Origin: Lepidodermella squamata
Lineage: Eukaryota > Animalia > Gastrotricha
Direction of reading: 5' to 3'
Assembly: GCA_047495785.1 (NCBI GenBank)
Contig: JBLDXI010000033.1
Location: forward strand, 1,798,001 to 1,862,000
DNA: 64,000 nucleotides
In this document: in pieces, positions 44,303-60,566 of the stretch
Layout: each line of letters starts with the position of its first letter
How positions within the stretch are numbered: position 1 is the stretch's first letter
Program-made: the position numbers and the translations under genes
The notes under the pieces: generated by a model
Seen by the model: the letters and a program-made list of their open reading frames with translations, nothing else
What the model was told of the DNA's origin: nothing
Database searches by the model: none

Positions 44303-45650
44303 TTTAATTAAGGAATTCTTCCCGGTGTTGAGGGCAGAACCGAGAATTCTGCCCGCTGAAAATGCCCGAGGGCGTAGCGGAGCGCAGCGAAGCGAAGCCC
44401 GAGGGTATTTTCAAGGGCTGAATTCGAGGTTTTGCCCGAGACACAAGGGAAGAGTTCCTGTTCCTTCCCAGTTGGTTATTTTCGTTAATCCGACACTCGG
44501 ACGAGTGAAAATGGGGAATGGTGTATAGTGCGTATGAAAGATGACCGTTGTTAATAACGAAAATAAGAAATCCAGCTTAAAATTTGTAGCAAATTTTTTT
44601 TTTGAATTTTTTTTGTTCGTTGTTCATTTCCTTGTTTTATTATCAATTGAATATTGCGAATTTCCGTCGAATTTTCAATGGAGATCACTTTTGATATTGG
44701 CGACCTGGGCCTCGGTGCTCTCGCTGACGGCTCCGTGGAAGTGAAACAGCGCGAAGAATCCGATCCAATTCGACTTCTCGAACGAGAACTTGATGCTGAT
44801 ATCGAAGAAGAAGAATCCGATGAAGAGGGTGATACGTCGGAGTTCATTCAAGAAGTCGAAAATTTCGTGGCTGGTTTTGAAGCAAACGGCACAGCTCAGA
44901 AAACCAAGCAGCACTGGAGCCGATTTGTCGCATTTGTCGAGCAGCGATTCCACATTTCGGAGCAACTATTAGTTGAACTTACGGTCAAGGATATGGATCT
45001 CTATGTCGCTCTTTTTCTCAAGCAGTTGACGAAGACTGATGGTAGCGCGATGGAGCCGACAACGATTCGAGGCATTTATTCCTCCATCATTCGCCATCTC
45101 CGCGATGTGACGAAGTATCAGCGACAAACTGGCTGTCGGTTTCGGTGATGGACAATCAGCTGCAGTTTCGGGTGTGTCTGCACAAGAGATCAAGCCAACC
45201 GAAGGATTGGTGGTGGCCGAGTCGCATTTCTCGCAAACGCTGCTGCTTCGAAACGTCGAAAATGACCCGCGCGATGAGCCACCCGTAAAGCAAGCTAAAC
45301 CCATGCCGATCTTCAATTTCTCGAATTGCTCCGTCGTTATTAACAATTAGTCCGGCCCAAACACTTGTTTTAAAGTTTAAACATTCTAATAAAGGTTATT
45401 CACTTGTTCACTCGTTTGGTCAGAGTCTGAAGGTTGTAGTAAAGGGACTGGGAACGGAAATTGAAGTTGTGCAACATTATTTCAGGTGAGAGGTTTTCCC
45501 GAATTTTCGAGAGCATTAATTGATTTTCGAAAATAAAAAATCCACCCTAATCGTTTGAGCGGGCAGAAACAGCGGGCAGAAACATCGGGCAGAATCACTT
45601 TTTCCGTCTAGGCAAAAAATAACCAACTGGGCAGGAAATCTATTTTCTTC
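44303..45650 (+). mobile_element. Internally deleted Crypton-type (tyrosine recombinase) DNA transposon
   Basis: CCCGAGGGCGTAG...GAAGCCCGAGGG hairpin motif; subterminal inverted repeats CCCAGTTGGTTATTTT (44467) and AAAATAACCAACTGGG (45616). ORF has MDLYVALFLKQLTKTDGSAMEPTTIRGIYSSIIRHL (CryptonA/ZMYM/KCTD1-like N-domain) and a C-terminal IFNFSNCSVVINN, with no catalytic domain. Confidence 0.78.
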
Positions 45651-45798
45651 TGGGATCAAGAGATCAAAAATTGTGAAAAAATTGTATAAAGACTCGCACT
45701 TTAGTTCAGCGTTACAAATTTACTTTCAACTTTACGACTTTGAAATAAATTATCATTGAAGAATACCAATTTTCGATGCCTTTCAATCAAAAGAGTTT

Positions 45799-46365
45799 TT
45801 ATTTAGAAGGAGCAGCACCGGTCTCGACGGCAACAGAGTAGGAGAAGTTGTTGGAGGCCGAGTAGCTGCCGCTCTTGTGGCCCTTGCGACCCTTGCCGTG
45901 CTTGCCACCCTTCTTTCCACCGAACTTCTTGCCGCCGTGGCGCTTGCCACCCTTCTTGTTGTAGCCGCCGAAGGAGCCCGATCGCGAGTACGAGCCGGAC
46001 ATGGATCCGCGCTTGTGCACGCGCATGAACTTCTTGGTGGAGACCTTGCGGGTGTGCTTGTTCGTGCGGGCCGACACCGACGCGGACACGGACTTGGAGA
46101 ACGAGGCACGGCGGTGCTTGCGTCCAGCGACGAACGCCTTCTTAGCCGGGCGCTTCTTCATAGCGTGCTTTTTCGGCTGTCGGTTGTACGACACGCTGAT
46201 GGAGACGCTCTTCGAAACACTTTTGCCCTTATTACCGCGGCCAGCCTCAGCTTCGGAGAAAGCTAAAAGAATGAAAATGTGTTTGATTATTGGATCAGGC
46301 TATGATTTTTAAGATTAACCGAGGGCCAAAAGAACGAGAGCAGCCAAAGCGAAAACAGCGCGCAT
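45799..46365 (-). CDS. Secreted Lys/Arg/Ser/Gly-rich cationic protein (copy 2, about 169 aa)
   Basis: Exons 46320-46365 and 45799-46262; near-identical to 9036-9627 with the same intron position and repeat-unit indels. Confidence 0.85.
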
Positions 46366-47857
46366 CTTTTTGTTGAATTGAGAATAGAGGAATAGATAAG
46401 AGCTCAAATATAACTGAATAGTTGTTAGATCTCCACAATTTCGCCGAGATTATATACCAAGAAAGCAATTAATTGACGCGTTGCAAAGAAATGAATTCAA
46501 CGCCGCTGGCGAACTGCTAATTGGATATCCCAACTCAAAGTCATATGACTATGACTAATTTGTTTGAATTTCAATCATCTTAATCAAATGTGCTTTGTTC
46601 CTTGTTCTGTATATAGCCAATTTCCTCCTGCTCAGCTTCGATACGGTAGGAGGCCCTTTAATAATTGATTATTGGTGTGTCCTTCCGAGTTCGGGGCGCT
46701 AATGCACCCATCTTCGAACGCGTATTCCAGACAGCCTTTTGCACAAGAGGGTCGAAAAATTCGGCAATATCGCATTTTATTTCATAATGTTAATATATAT
46801 ATATATATGTATATCAATATAATCATATAATTTGAATAACTCGTTGTTGTAACAGGTAATTGATTGCAATTGATCTCGACGCGATTACGCATCCAAGCCG
46901 ATATCAATGGAAAAAACGCACAGTCATGATTTTAACAATAAGAAGACTATGTTGAACGTTTCAGACATTAACAATCTTCGCGTTTGTTTCAAATTTTCGG
47001 TAATACAGGTGCATATCCAGATGATAATAATATGCATGTCATTTTTTGGAGATTTTTCGAGAAATATTATATACGATATGATGAGTAGCGAATGGCAACA
47101 ATACACGTTTCATGATAATAACATCGAGATAATGATAATACCTATATGCGACAACTTTTCATCGTCCAGATTTTGAGATGAGAATAAGCGACAAACCGAG
47201 CGAGGACCAGGTCGTCGCAGAAAGTACATGAAAGTTTCGGTGTGCGTTGTGCGTGTGTCGAAAATGTATACAAGAGTGCGAGCTATTCGTCCATAATTAT
47301 TATTACCGTCCAACCAACCGCAATCATTTCGCTACAATTATCATCGAATAATTTAGCAATAAATATTATAGTAACAACAAAGATCGCTGCGATGTTGACT
47401 TCGTTCTCATTGAATAGAAGACCTTTTATGTTCAAATTAATTAATCATTCTTTTTCGAAATCAAATTCAAATGTAATGAACTGAAATGTTTATCACAACG
47501 CATCGCGCGTTTCTCAAAAAATGCGAAACAATAGGCGCGCGGTTTTTTGCTCACTTCGGTGTTTGTTTTTTTGCAAGAAAAAGAACGAAAAATTGTCAAC
47601 TCAAGCTCTAGTTTAGTTTTGTAATAACTCTTCATCTTCCAATGCTTCCAAAAACATCGCGGGACTAGTTCAATTGTTTTGCCTTCCATCTCTCACCAAA
47701 ATAGTACAGGTAAAATTATGAAGGAGGTTAAATAATTAGTAATTAATAGGAGTAATTAATATATAATGATAATGCACATGCTGGTATATATGATTGATTA
47801 TTGATTGTTATGTTTTTTTGACAAGTCACTTTGTTTTGTACCAGCCCCGTGTTTCTA

Positions 47858-51133
<3,276 letters not shown>

Positions 51134-54100
51134 ATTTTGATGAATTTTCGGTTTGGCTACTTGAGATAGTAGTAGGTCGATGTAGATCGATGATAACAAC
51201 AAAACGACGAACGAACGAGAGATATAACGAGAACGAAGGAAATAAAATTTAAACAAAAAATTCTAGAAAATTCAATTAATTTAATAAAATGCTCAAAATA
51301 TCCCAGGTCCCAACCGAAATTGAACAATCAGGCGCAATAAACGTTTGACAACTGGAATAAAGCACCGGCTTAGATAGAGCTTGCGAGCGGAAAATCGCGA
51401 TAATATTCGATGCGCGCGCTTGAGCGACAACACCTCAGGTTTTAACATGCGCGATCGAAGGTCGCGAGTTAATAATTAATGGCCAACGACGTCGACGAAC
51501 TGAATATGAAGAAATAATAATAATAATAATTTGCGTCGAAAAATGTAAGAATAAAGAGTTGGAAATATTGCGCGCTGCTATACTATATAGGTATCGGGCA
51601 GTGTTATATATTATAGTATTATAAGTAGTAATACGTTGTGTTTAGAAGGTGTATTAATAAGCAGGCATTGGAGTCGTCGTCGGCCGATTTGTTGCATTAT
51701 TGATAAGGCTTACAGCGCTTCCGGGTGGAGCACCAATGCGAGCGAAAAAGGCCCCGTGCGAAAAATCAATCGATTTACCGCGAGCGGGCATTGTCGCGCG
51801 CAAAAGCGCGGCGGAATACTAAAACACTACACTACACATAAAATAGGTCGAGTTTTATACACTTGGAATAGAACTTTACAAGGCAGCGAGCGGGCACAGG
51901 CGCCTCTCGCGACAAATGAAGGAATTGCGTGTGAAGAGGCTATACACTTCATATCGAGGCTTATTACTTATTACTTAGCCTCCTCCCATCTATCACTCCA
52001 TCATCATCATCACAATCATCATCTACCGGCGTGCGAATAATAACAACAATCGCCATAATAATAACAATATATATAGGTAGGGAGTGAGCGTACACCGCCT
52101 GCTGTTGCGTGGCGATGCACCTCCAATTTTAGGAAAATAAAAGTGCCTGACTGCTCAAGGCAGGAAGGGGCTGTATAATAGGCGACAACACCGCATCGCC
52201 CCGGAAGAAACAAAAGGTGAGACCGTGCGCCGTTCGACTACTCGAACGGTGATGAACTGCCGGCGAGTGAGTGAGTGAGTGAGTGAAATTTTGAACGTTA
52301 GGCTTAATTAAAAATAGATGACGGTGGTGAATGGGACATGATGAAGAGTCCAGTGCAGAGCAGTAAGAAAAGACAGTATAGGGGGAAAGCGCACGTTCGC
52401 GCGTGTTTGCGTGCGCGCGCCCGTAGGCTAGCGATGACCCAGTCGCGCTGTGACACGCCGCACCGAGCACGTAGGCACCCCGGCAAACAGGTGGGAAGAG
52501 GCGCACGCGGCCGCGCCATGTTAAAATAACAACAATAAATAAGTAATTTTCTAACCGTCGGTTGGTGGCGCGGGCCGAATTAGATGATAACACAACAAAT
52601 CGCCGATCAAAGCAGCGGAAGGCTGGCCATCATCGACAGAATTGAAAATTGCTTACTCAAAATAAATTGCCGACAAAGAAGTGTACGCCAAACACACGCG
52701 TGTTCATTAAAATTAATTTCAGGTGCGAGTGGCAATAAACGCGGCTCCAAGACGGCGCTTTTAATCGTGAGAAAAACAAAAATACTCGTAAATAGCTAAC
52801 AAGTCGCAAATTGCTAATTGAATAAGTGACGAGGACGCCTATAATTCTCTGAGCCTCTCAGTATTTCTAGCCTTAAACCTTGATGGTAAAGCGAAAGAAA
52901 ATGATGAAGCTATCTTGGCCTGCGATTCCCTAAATCACGATGAAAAATATCGAGCGTACATCTGCAAGAACCCAGTTTACCACCTTACGGGTCCCAGGCC
53001 TAATTGTCGAGAGATAAGGCGAATTTGCTCGTGTGGAGATTGAAAAAAGCATCTGAATTTAGAGAAAGATATAATTTTAAGAAAGAGAAAAATGTTTGTC
53101 TCATTTCTCTGAAATAAAATATTTTTCAAAGGCCATAAATTCAGCTAAAATCTATAGGGACATGAGCCAGGGTGTTGGAATTAATCCCTGAATTAATTAG
53201 ATTTTTCCGAAATTAAGTTTTTGTAAAGCAAATTTCCAGCCTACAATCCGTTGAATAACGAAAAATAAGTCCAATGGCTAGGTTCGGCTCTTTATCTGTA
53301 TAAACTAAAAAAAATGGCGCGAATGAGGCCGAACGAGTGGTGTCTAAACGCATTAGATTGCTGATAACAAAAAATTGTTAAATAATCGGTGCCATAAAAA
53401 GAGACGGACCATCTTCATCGACACTAATCGAATTAGAGCAGGCGTAAAGAGGCTATCTATTGCCTGCATGTACGAAGCGCGTGGAATCAGCATGCGCTAT
53501 CAACACGGCGGTTCCGCTTGAATATTGGGGCGCCGTGGTGGCGGGTTATAAAATAATATAAAATAGATGATCTTATAATCATAATAATAATCATTACTTG
53601 GCATTTCATATCGCTATAACGCAGCAGCTAGCGCGATTTTCTCACCTGTTTACCGGCTGCACGCGTGCATTCTTCAACGAGTTATCATCAGTGTATGCGG
53701 GCGAAAAGAATTAGCGAATATATAAGAAAAGAATGAAAATGAAAGAGTTTTAAGAAGCGCCCGCACGCTCGCCCATCTGCGAGATGCAGATATCGCTGCG
53801 CCGCGATTGTTTAAATAAATCAGCACCCGTGTTCCAGCATCAGTTTGTTTTGACTATGGCCCGGCTTTACGGCCCAGGCAAATCACGACCCGACTAATAT
53901 ACCTCTATAGTTCGCAATAAATAAAAATCTATAACCCTGGCCGTGTTGAACTCGATATTAATAATGCTAATAATTATCAGCTCTATAGATAACGTGTTTG
54001 GTGCGTTAAGTAAGCAACAGCTAAGGCAATATTAGTTTTTTCGGCCAACCCAAAACCGGGTGTTAATTGTCCGAGCCGGTGCAGCGGCCACAGAAAAAAT

Positions 54101-55855
54101 GAGAGAGGCCTCAAATAAAAACGAGACGCCGCGCAGTATTATTAGTAGTGTAGTAGCAACACAACCCCGGGCGGTGGCGAATAATTATACCTCGGCATAG
54201 AAATGAAACGAAACACAACAAAATCAAACGTTTTTTCGCTTCAAAGTGTAAGAAGCACCCTTGTCACTTTGAAGAGCGACTATTAGCGGAATGACGATAG
54301 CTTGTCGAAGCATGCCGGCGTCTTGTCGTAAAACTGTATTAGCTATAATCGATTTCGAGAGATATGAAGATGCGAAATTCCACCATCTTGCCACTTAGCA
54401 AAAATGGCGCCGGCTCCCCCCTCGCCACTCCCCACCACCGAAAGATGATTCGAGTCGGTTTTTATATTTTATTATTATTATTTGTATTGCCATTTTGGAA
54501 GGAGGCGCAAACTATATATATATGATTAGCCTGCTGCTGTATCTCCGGTCCTAATAATAGTAGTACTAATGACAGGCGCGGAAGAAGCTTGGCCCGACAA
54601 ATCATCGCGCCAATACACAAAACACATATCTCTTCTATCTGTGTCTCGCGGGCGACAATTTATTGATAGCTGCGGTTTAAATATGTGTTTATGACGGTTC
54701 CGCCCGGCTAAAATTTGACAAAACGCCTTCTGTTCATGGCGGCGCGCGCGCATCGCGTCGATATACGCCAAATCACTGGTGGTGAAATTTAATACAAGCT
54801 ACGATAATTTAATAGCTATAACGAAAATTGATGGCCATTTTAGGCAAATTGTCATCATTGCACATATCACCTCGGGGCAAGTGAATCGCGATTAAGATAA
54901 TGAAAAAGATAAATAATTTTCGATATGATGATGGGCAAGTATAACACATTTTTGACGCGTTCACGAGACGCGCCGATATAATGATGATGATGAATCATCG
55001 CGCGCATCCAAGTGCGGCGAATACAAGCAGCAGGTTCCGAACAAAGGATCGAAAAGACGGATATTGCAAAAGTGGAGCTTATTCACTATATTGAAGATGC
55101 GTTATGTGTTATTTAGGTGGGCGTGTTGATTATTTATTCGAATAATTAGTAACACCTTCACAGAGCGCCGGCTCCTTCTGGTGGTGGTAGTAGTAGTAGT
55201 AGTAGTATTATTGTGTTCACCTTGCCGTTTCGCGATCTGCTAGCAATTACTCGCGGATGAATAGCGTGATTAGTAGCGTGTATTATATAACAGACACAAT
55301 ATTATAATATTAAGGCGGTTTTACCGCGCCGCCGTAAACCTTTTCCTGATGATGCACCTGTAGGCGAAACCGCGCGGCCTTACTCACCTTGGGCGCGCGG
55401 CTGAACGGCGATAGGAAACATCTTTAACCATTTTGTTATTCTTCGACCTGCGGTTCAGCAACAACTGCGCCTTAAACGTGTACGTCGATTGGCGGGCAAA
55501 TGGCGGCACATTTGTACTTGCGTAATGATATGGCGTTTTCACTGTTCAGAACTTGATAAATGAAAGTTGAAGAAATTTATTCTCCCACATAAAAAGCTGT
55601 TATTGTGATTCGAGTAATAAAATGGAATGTCAAATAAGCCAAACAGGTGTTTTGCGAGTTCTGGAACTGTACTTTTATTATCCATTTTATACCGATTCTA
55701 TTTGGCACTTCGCTACTTCGTCCGAAGTCACTTTCCAGGTTAGCAAATTCGCTGTCGCAGTTAACTGAGTAATTGCAAAACATTGATTATGCGTCAACCG
55801 CTGTTCAAACAACTGCCTGGAGAAGCCTTAGACGCTTCATTTGTTTTTGGATTTT

Positions 55856-56014
55856 CGGGTGTGGCGCGAACGCCGATACCCAAGTGAAATATTTTGCACC
55901 CGACTCCGCCGATGAGGCAAAGCGCAAGGGTCAGCGCGCCGAAGTGCAATGGCACGCCTCGCCTTGGGGCGCCCGGCTTCATGAGCCCGGGTCATCCCAG
56001 TGCCAGGTAAGTTT
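55856..56014 (-). ncRNA. U1: U1 snRNA (variant copy 1)
   Basis: Reverse complement AAACTTACCTGG 5' end; stem-loop I CCCGG-GCTCATGAAG-CCGGG; loop II CATTGCACTTC; helix H GCAC/GTGC; terminal GGCG-TTCG-CGCC hairpin. Confidence 0.9.
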
Positions 56015-56165
56015 AGTGGCAATAGCTTTAGACAACCGGTCCCATTCTAAGATAACGCACATGAGAGTGATTCACAACATTTGCATATTTACAAAAGCTT
56101 ATTGATAATGAATAAGCAGCATTCGTGCGTTTTTTCCTTTTTCCAGGGAAAAAACTTGCGACAGA

Positions 56166-56237
56166 TAGCAGAGCGCAGTTTCGATCTACAGACCTCTGGG
56201 TTATGGGCCCAGCGTGCTTCCACTGCGCCACTCTGCT
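56166..56237 (-). tRNA. Initiator tRNA-Met(CAU)
   Basis: Reverse complement AGCAGAGTGGCGCAGTGGAAGCACGCTGGGCC-CAT-AACCCAGAGGTCTGTAG-ATCGAAA-CTGCGCTCTGCTA; A1:U72 pair, GGG/CCC anticodon stem, AUCG T-loop. Confidence 0.92.
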
Positions 56238-56899
56238 TGTCTAGGCCAGTTGGTAATTCTAGAGAAGTCGATATCGATGATCGATGCCAATGAGTCATAC
56301 GATGTCAAATTATTGCTATGCAATTGTGGATTTTCTCAGAAACAACGCCTCGTTTTCCTCCAACAAGACCATTTCCAATTTCCAAACGAATTTCCAAGGA
56401 AAGCTGCTGTGCGAAGTGTCCACTTATTACTCGCTTCACCGTACTAAAAACCTGAAAAGGGTTGGGTAAGCATAAGGTGTTACCGGGTTATTGTTTTATT
56501 TTTATATCGGGAATTTTTTTGAAAATATGGGCATTTTGTAAAATTAATTTCGAACTATTCGCCCAGGCTACTCGCAATCGTCGCATTTCACCTCTTTCAA
56601 CTGAGAAAGCAAAACTAAATTGGGATCTTTTGTTGTTCATTTTATTTATATTAGGCACAGTGAAAGTTGCTTAAACCGGACCGGTCTAAACCGGACGATT
56701 TCGGGTGGCTCGATCCGAAAGTGCTGGAAAACTTACTGGAAAGCTGAAGAAAATTCTCTCGTATACTGCTAACCATAGCTGAAGATTCGAGAACCAAGTC
56801 CAACAGTCTCAAGAATAAAATTTTCTCAGCCATTAAAACCAACCAGGAAACGAACGCGAATTCCCGAACTTTATAGTTACTAATTTGTTTTTGAATTTT

Positions 56900-57058
56900 C
56901 GGGTGTGGCGCGAACGCCGATACCCAAGTGAAATATTATACACCCGACTCCACCGATGAGGCAGAGCGCAAGGGTCAGCGCGCCGAAGTGCAATGGCACG
57001 CCTCGCCTTGGGGCGCCCGGCTTCATGAGCCCGGGTCATCCCAGTGAAAGGTAAGTTT
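56900..57058 (-). ncRNA. U1: U1 snRNA (variant copy 2)
   Basis: Near-identical duplicate of copy 1, but the 5' end reads AAACTTACCTTTCAC and helix H is weakened. Confidence 0.82.
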
Positions 57059-57189
57059 AGTGGCACTAGCATTACGCAATTGCCCACATTCCAATATAAC
57101 TCTCACTAGAGTCGTCCCCAACATTTGAATATTCACAAAAGCTTACTGATAAGGAACCTTTTTGCGTTTTTTGCTGAGCATGCTACAGA

Positions 57190-57241
57190 TAGCAGAGCGT
57201 GGGCAGTTTTGAAATAGAGACATCTGGCTTATGGACCCAGC
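57190..57241 (-). pseudogene. Degenerate tRNA-iMet copy
   Basis: tagcagagcg..gcagttttga...gacatctggcttatggacccagc aligns with 56166-56213; the 5' part is lost. Confidence 0.7.
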
Positions 57242-57891
57242 TTTTTAATATCGCCTAATGTAACCAGGCTGGTGGCTTATTGGTTAATGTCTTGACTGGT
57301 TATGAAAAATCTTGAGTTCGATTCAACCGAGAATTTCTCAAAGAGAAAGCGGATCATCACGCAGAATAAATAATATTTAACCCCCTAAAATACCGTGGCT
57401 GGTCAGAAGGGTGCCTGATAGATCTCGATCTTATTTAGGGTGTCACTAAAACTCTTTCTTACCGAAGTCATGTTGCATTACAAAACCACCCGTTCATATC
57501 AATTACACTGGATAATATATTTTTTCTCAATTGTCCCTTCAAAACAATTTCGAATAAAAAATGCATGGCAGCTGAGCAGAAAAGTATGTACAGGTAGGTC
57601 AAAGATTTTAGACTTCAAACAATTTTGATTTCATTTCGCAGATTTGATTTTGGCTCCTTGCGATTTGATTTTGATGAAAAAATTTGATTTGCCATTCCCA
57701 AGATTTCGGCCAAAAATCAAAATCAATTAAATCCCTAACACTGGTGCCAATAGCTAGATAGAGCTTATTCTTAAAAACGCCGAACAATTTTCGGACCGTT
57801 CACCTTTCGCATCACGATTTTTCTTTAAATTCTTTTGAAACATTGAACATCTGGTCTTAGGTACATTTTATTTTGGAATGTTTACAAATTT

Positions 57892-58296
57892 TCAAGTTCT
57901 GGCGACGGGTTGACCGAGCAAGTCCGCCAACGCGTTGTTCCGAATAGCTGGATCTTCATTCAACTGCCGATTTGGCGATATCCGCGCATATATCGCCGAT
58001 AGGAGCGCGAAAATCGAAGAGAGTAGTGGCACAAGGTGTCCTACACCCAGCAACGAAACAGTCATCCGAGCCGCAAGCAAAGTGCGAATACGTAATTGCT
58101 CAGTCTGAGCTGTTTGTGGAGGAGCTGATGGTATGCCATCACGTTTCGCCATTCGAACTATTTGCCTCAGCGACCGAGCAAGCGGGAATGAACGTAGCTG
58201 GCAGCGATGGGCACGTTCTATCTGACCCAACATTCTTACTTCCTGCGGCAAAATAACCGTGGGACCACTTCTTAGCCGAATATTTGTGATCGGCAT
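57892..58296 (-). CDS. Hypothetical 134-aa protein with one hydrophobic segment
   Basis: ATG-initiated ORF with coding-like composition and AT-rich flanks, co-oriented downstream of CAAP1; no recognised family. Confidence 0.4.
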   Translation of the reverse strand: MPITNIRLRSGPTVILPQEVRMLGQIERAHRCQLRSFPLARSLRQIVRMAKRDGIPSAPPQTAQTEQLRIRTLLAARMTVSLLGVGHLVPLLSSIFALLSAIYARISPNRQLNEDPAIRNNALADLLGQPVART

Positions 58297-59155
58297 GATT
58301 TACTTTTTCAAAATAACTAATCGAAAAAACGCAACGACATTCAATTAAACGAATTTTATTCAGTTTCGTAATGATATGTACACAATAGCGCACTAACAAT
58401 TAGGCAGGGTTCTGCAACAAATGTGCACACAACTCACTGAAGAAAATCAACGGCTAAAACACAGTAGGTTATTTTCAATCATTCAAAAAGAATTTCAGTT
58501 CCGGGTGGCGCTGGCTCGTCGAAGCCATTTTTGTGACCATTGTTTTCGAAATGCACCTCCTCGTCGACTCCAGGAGGTGGCGGGGTAGTTTCTCGAGTTT
58601 TCGAGGCTACAATTTCACTAGAAAATTTGTTACGGTTAACGAAATTCAAAAACTGACAGGTGAAGCTTACGTTTTCTTGACGGTTGGTTCGACATTTCGA
58701 GAAGTAATCGCCGAACGACTTGTTTCATTTTTCACCACAGGTTTGTGGTTTTTCGATGTTGGAACTTCCCTCAACGGGGACGAGATGACGTCATCATCAT
58801 CAAAATCTTCTTCCTCAGAAACATCGTATTGACTTTTCTATAAATGAATGAAATGAGAGGAATTATTTTCGGCTCAAGAGCTAGTAAAAAAAGATGAGAG
58901 ATGAAGATGTAGTTTCGATAATTTACCACTTATCGAAATGAAAGGAAGAGCGGCTCCGTATTGTTTGAATATCATCAGCGTTTGCAAGGCATCAAAATGC
59001 CAAATCATCAAATTTAAGTAATAATTTCAATTCAATCATTAAAAATATTCTCTGAAACAAATAATCATAATAGGAAATGTCTGTTGATCTAAATATATGG
59101 TGCGATGAGGGTAGAAAGAATGAGAAAGAAGCTTTTATTCCAAGTTCGGCCATTT

Positions 59156-60566
59156 TCAACAGGCCGCTATTTGAGGGTAACTTGCCTTCTTCGATGGGAA
59201 ACCAGTGCTTGAAATCAAAGGTAATCCAGACATGGTCGGTAAGGTAGGTAGAGCAGCCGCGCCAGCTGCGACAAAAGTGGGATCAACAAACGGGACGGTA
59301 GCACCCACAAACGGAGCCTAAAGCAATAGTTCAATGTGAGTATAATCTTGTATGACATGCACTCACCACTGAAGCTGCGATTGGCGCAACCACCGGGGGT
59401 ATCACAGGAATAACCAAGTTAGAATTCGGGTCGAAAATGACTGGCACTGCAGGGGTTGCAGCTATAGACACACTGCCTGATTTGGTTGAGGCAGCTTCAA
59501 CACTAGCCTTATCAACGTCACCAATGCTTTCAGACTCGGAATCGCCCGAGCGACGATGACGTCGGTAGCGGCGTTCACGTGAATGCCTATGCCTCCGACG
59601 ACCGTGACGATGTCTACGATGCCGGCTACCGCGTCTAGATCGATAGTGCCTATCGCGGCGAGACCTTGAGTGCCTACGGCGTGATCCACTTCTAGAGCTA
59701 CCAGATTCCGAGGATGAGCGTGACTTGGAGGATGACCTAGAATTGGACCGTGATGCACCGTTTTGCTCGGGACTTTCAACCTGAGCTGAGTCTTCGTTTT
59801 CGGCCTCAACGCTACGATAAATTAAATAATAATTACGATGTTCAATGCACTTGAATATTCGTACTTGGCATTTTCGTCTTGCAAAGGTTTCCATTTCGAA
59901 GCGACCTCGAGCGCAGGCTCCTCCTCATCGCTAGAAACTTCATTCACGTCCATGCCCTCCATGATTCGGCGAAGCTTTTTGCCGGACATCATTCGCAAAT
60001 GTTCCAAGCATAGTTGCTCCAACTCCAAGCGTGGTAACACCTACAAAATATTTCTATGATGCGCATAGACAGTGGTAGAGCATAACTTACGCTCAATATT
60101 TCTGGTATCAACGCATCGAGTCTGCCTTCAGGTTCAAGCGTTTCCAAAACTTGCTTGAATAGCTCATCGCGATCACTGATGTATGCACTGATAGGTTGGA
60201 CATCTTTATCCAGATCAAGGTCGGAGTCAATATTTTCGACATCATCGGCCTCCCCCTAAAAGAAGAACAAAGGTAAATTAGAAGCTAATAAATGAGCTAC
60301 ATGCAAAATCGATTCCTGAAGAAACATCGATTAATCGTTAACACTCGGCGCTCGGCTCAACGTAAAATTGCCTTAAGTCTAATATAACCTGAAAACGCAG
60401 TTATATACTACATGCTACTACATCGTACATCGTAATGACCAATGACGGTTAAAATCACGAGTCACAAGTAATAATAATGAAAACAATCAAATAACTCCAC
60501 CTGAGCATCATCTTCCATGGCGTATTCATCATCAACATTGGAACGATCATTACTTGAAGACGACAT
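59156..60566 (-). CDS. CAAP1: CAAP1-like protein with an RS/RH-rich region
   Basis: SDLDLDKDVQPISAYISDRDELFKQV...LIPEIL...LEQLCLEHLRMMSGKKLRRIMEG resembles the CAAP1 core. Multi-exon; possible further or alternative 3' exons at about 58476-58838. Confidence 0.7.

Noticed and set aside
51636-52799. Short ORFs upstream of ELAV
   Set aside because: Low-complexity regulatory or UTR-like DNA with no protein motifs or consistent splice signals.
57268-57330. tRNA-like A/B box sequence on the plus strand
   Set aside because: It cannot fold into a cloverleaf; possibly a decayed tRNA or SINE head, but too weak to call.
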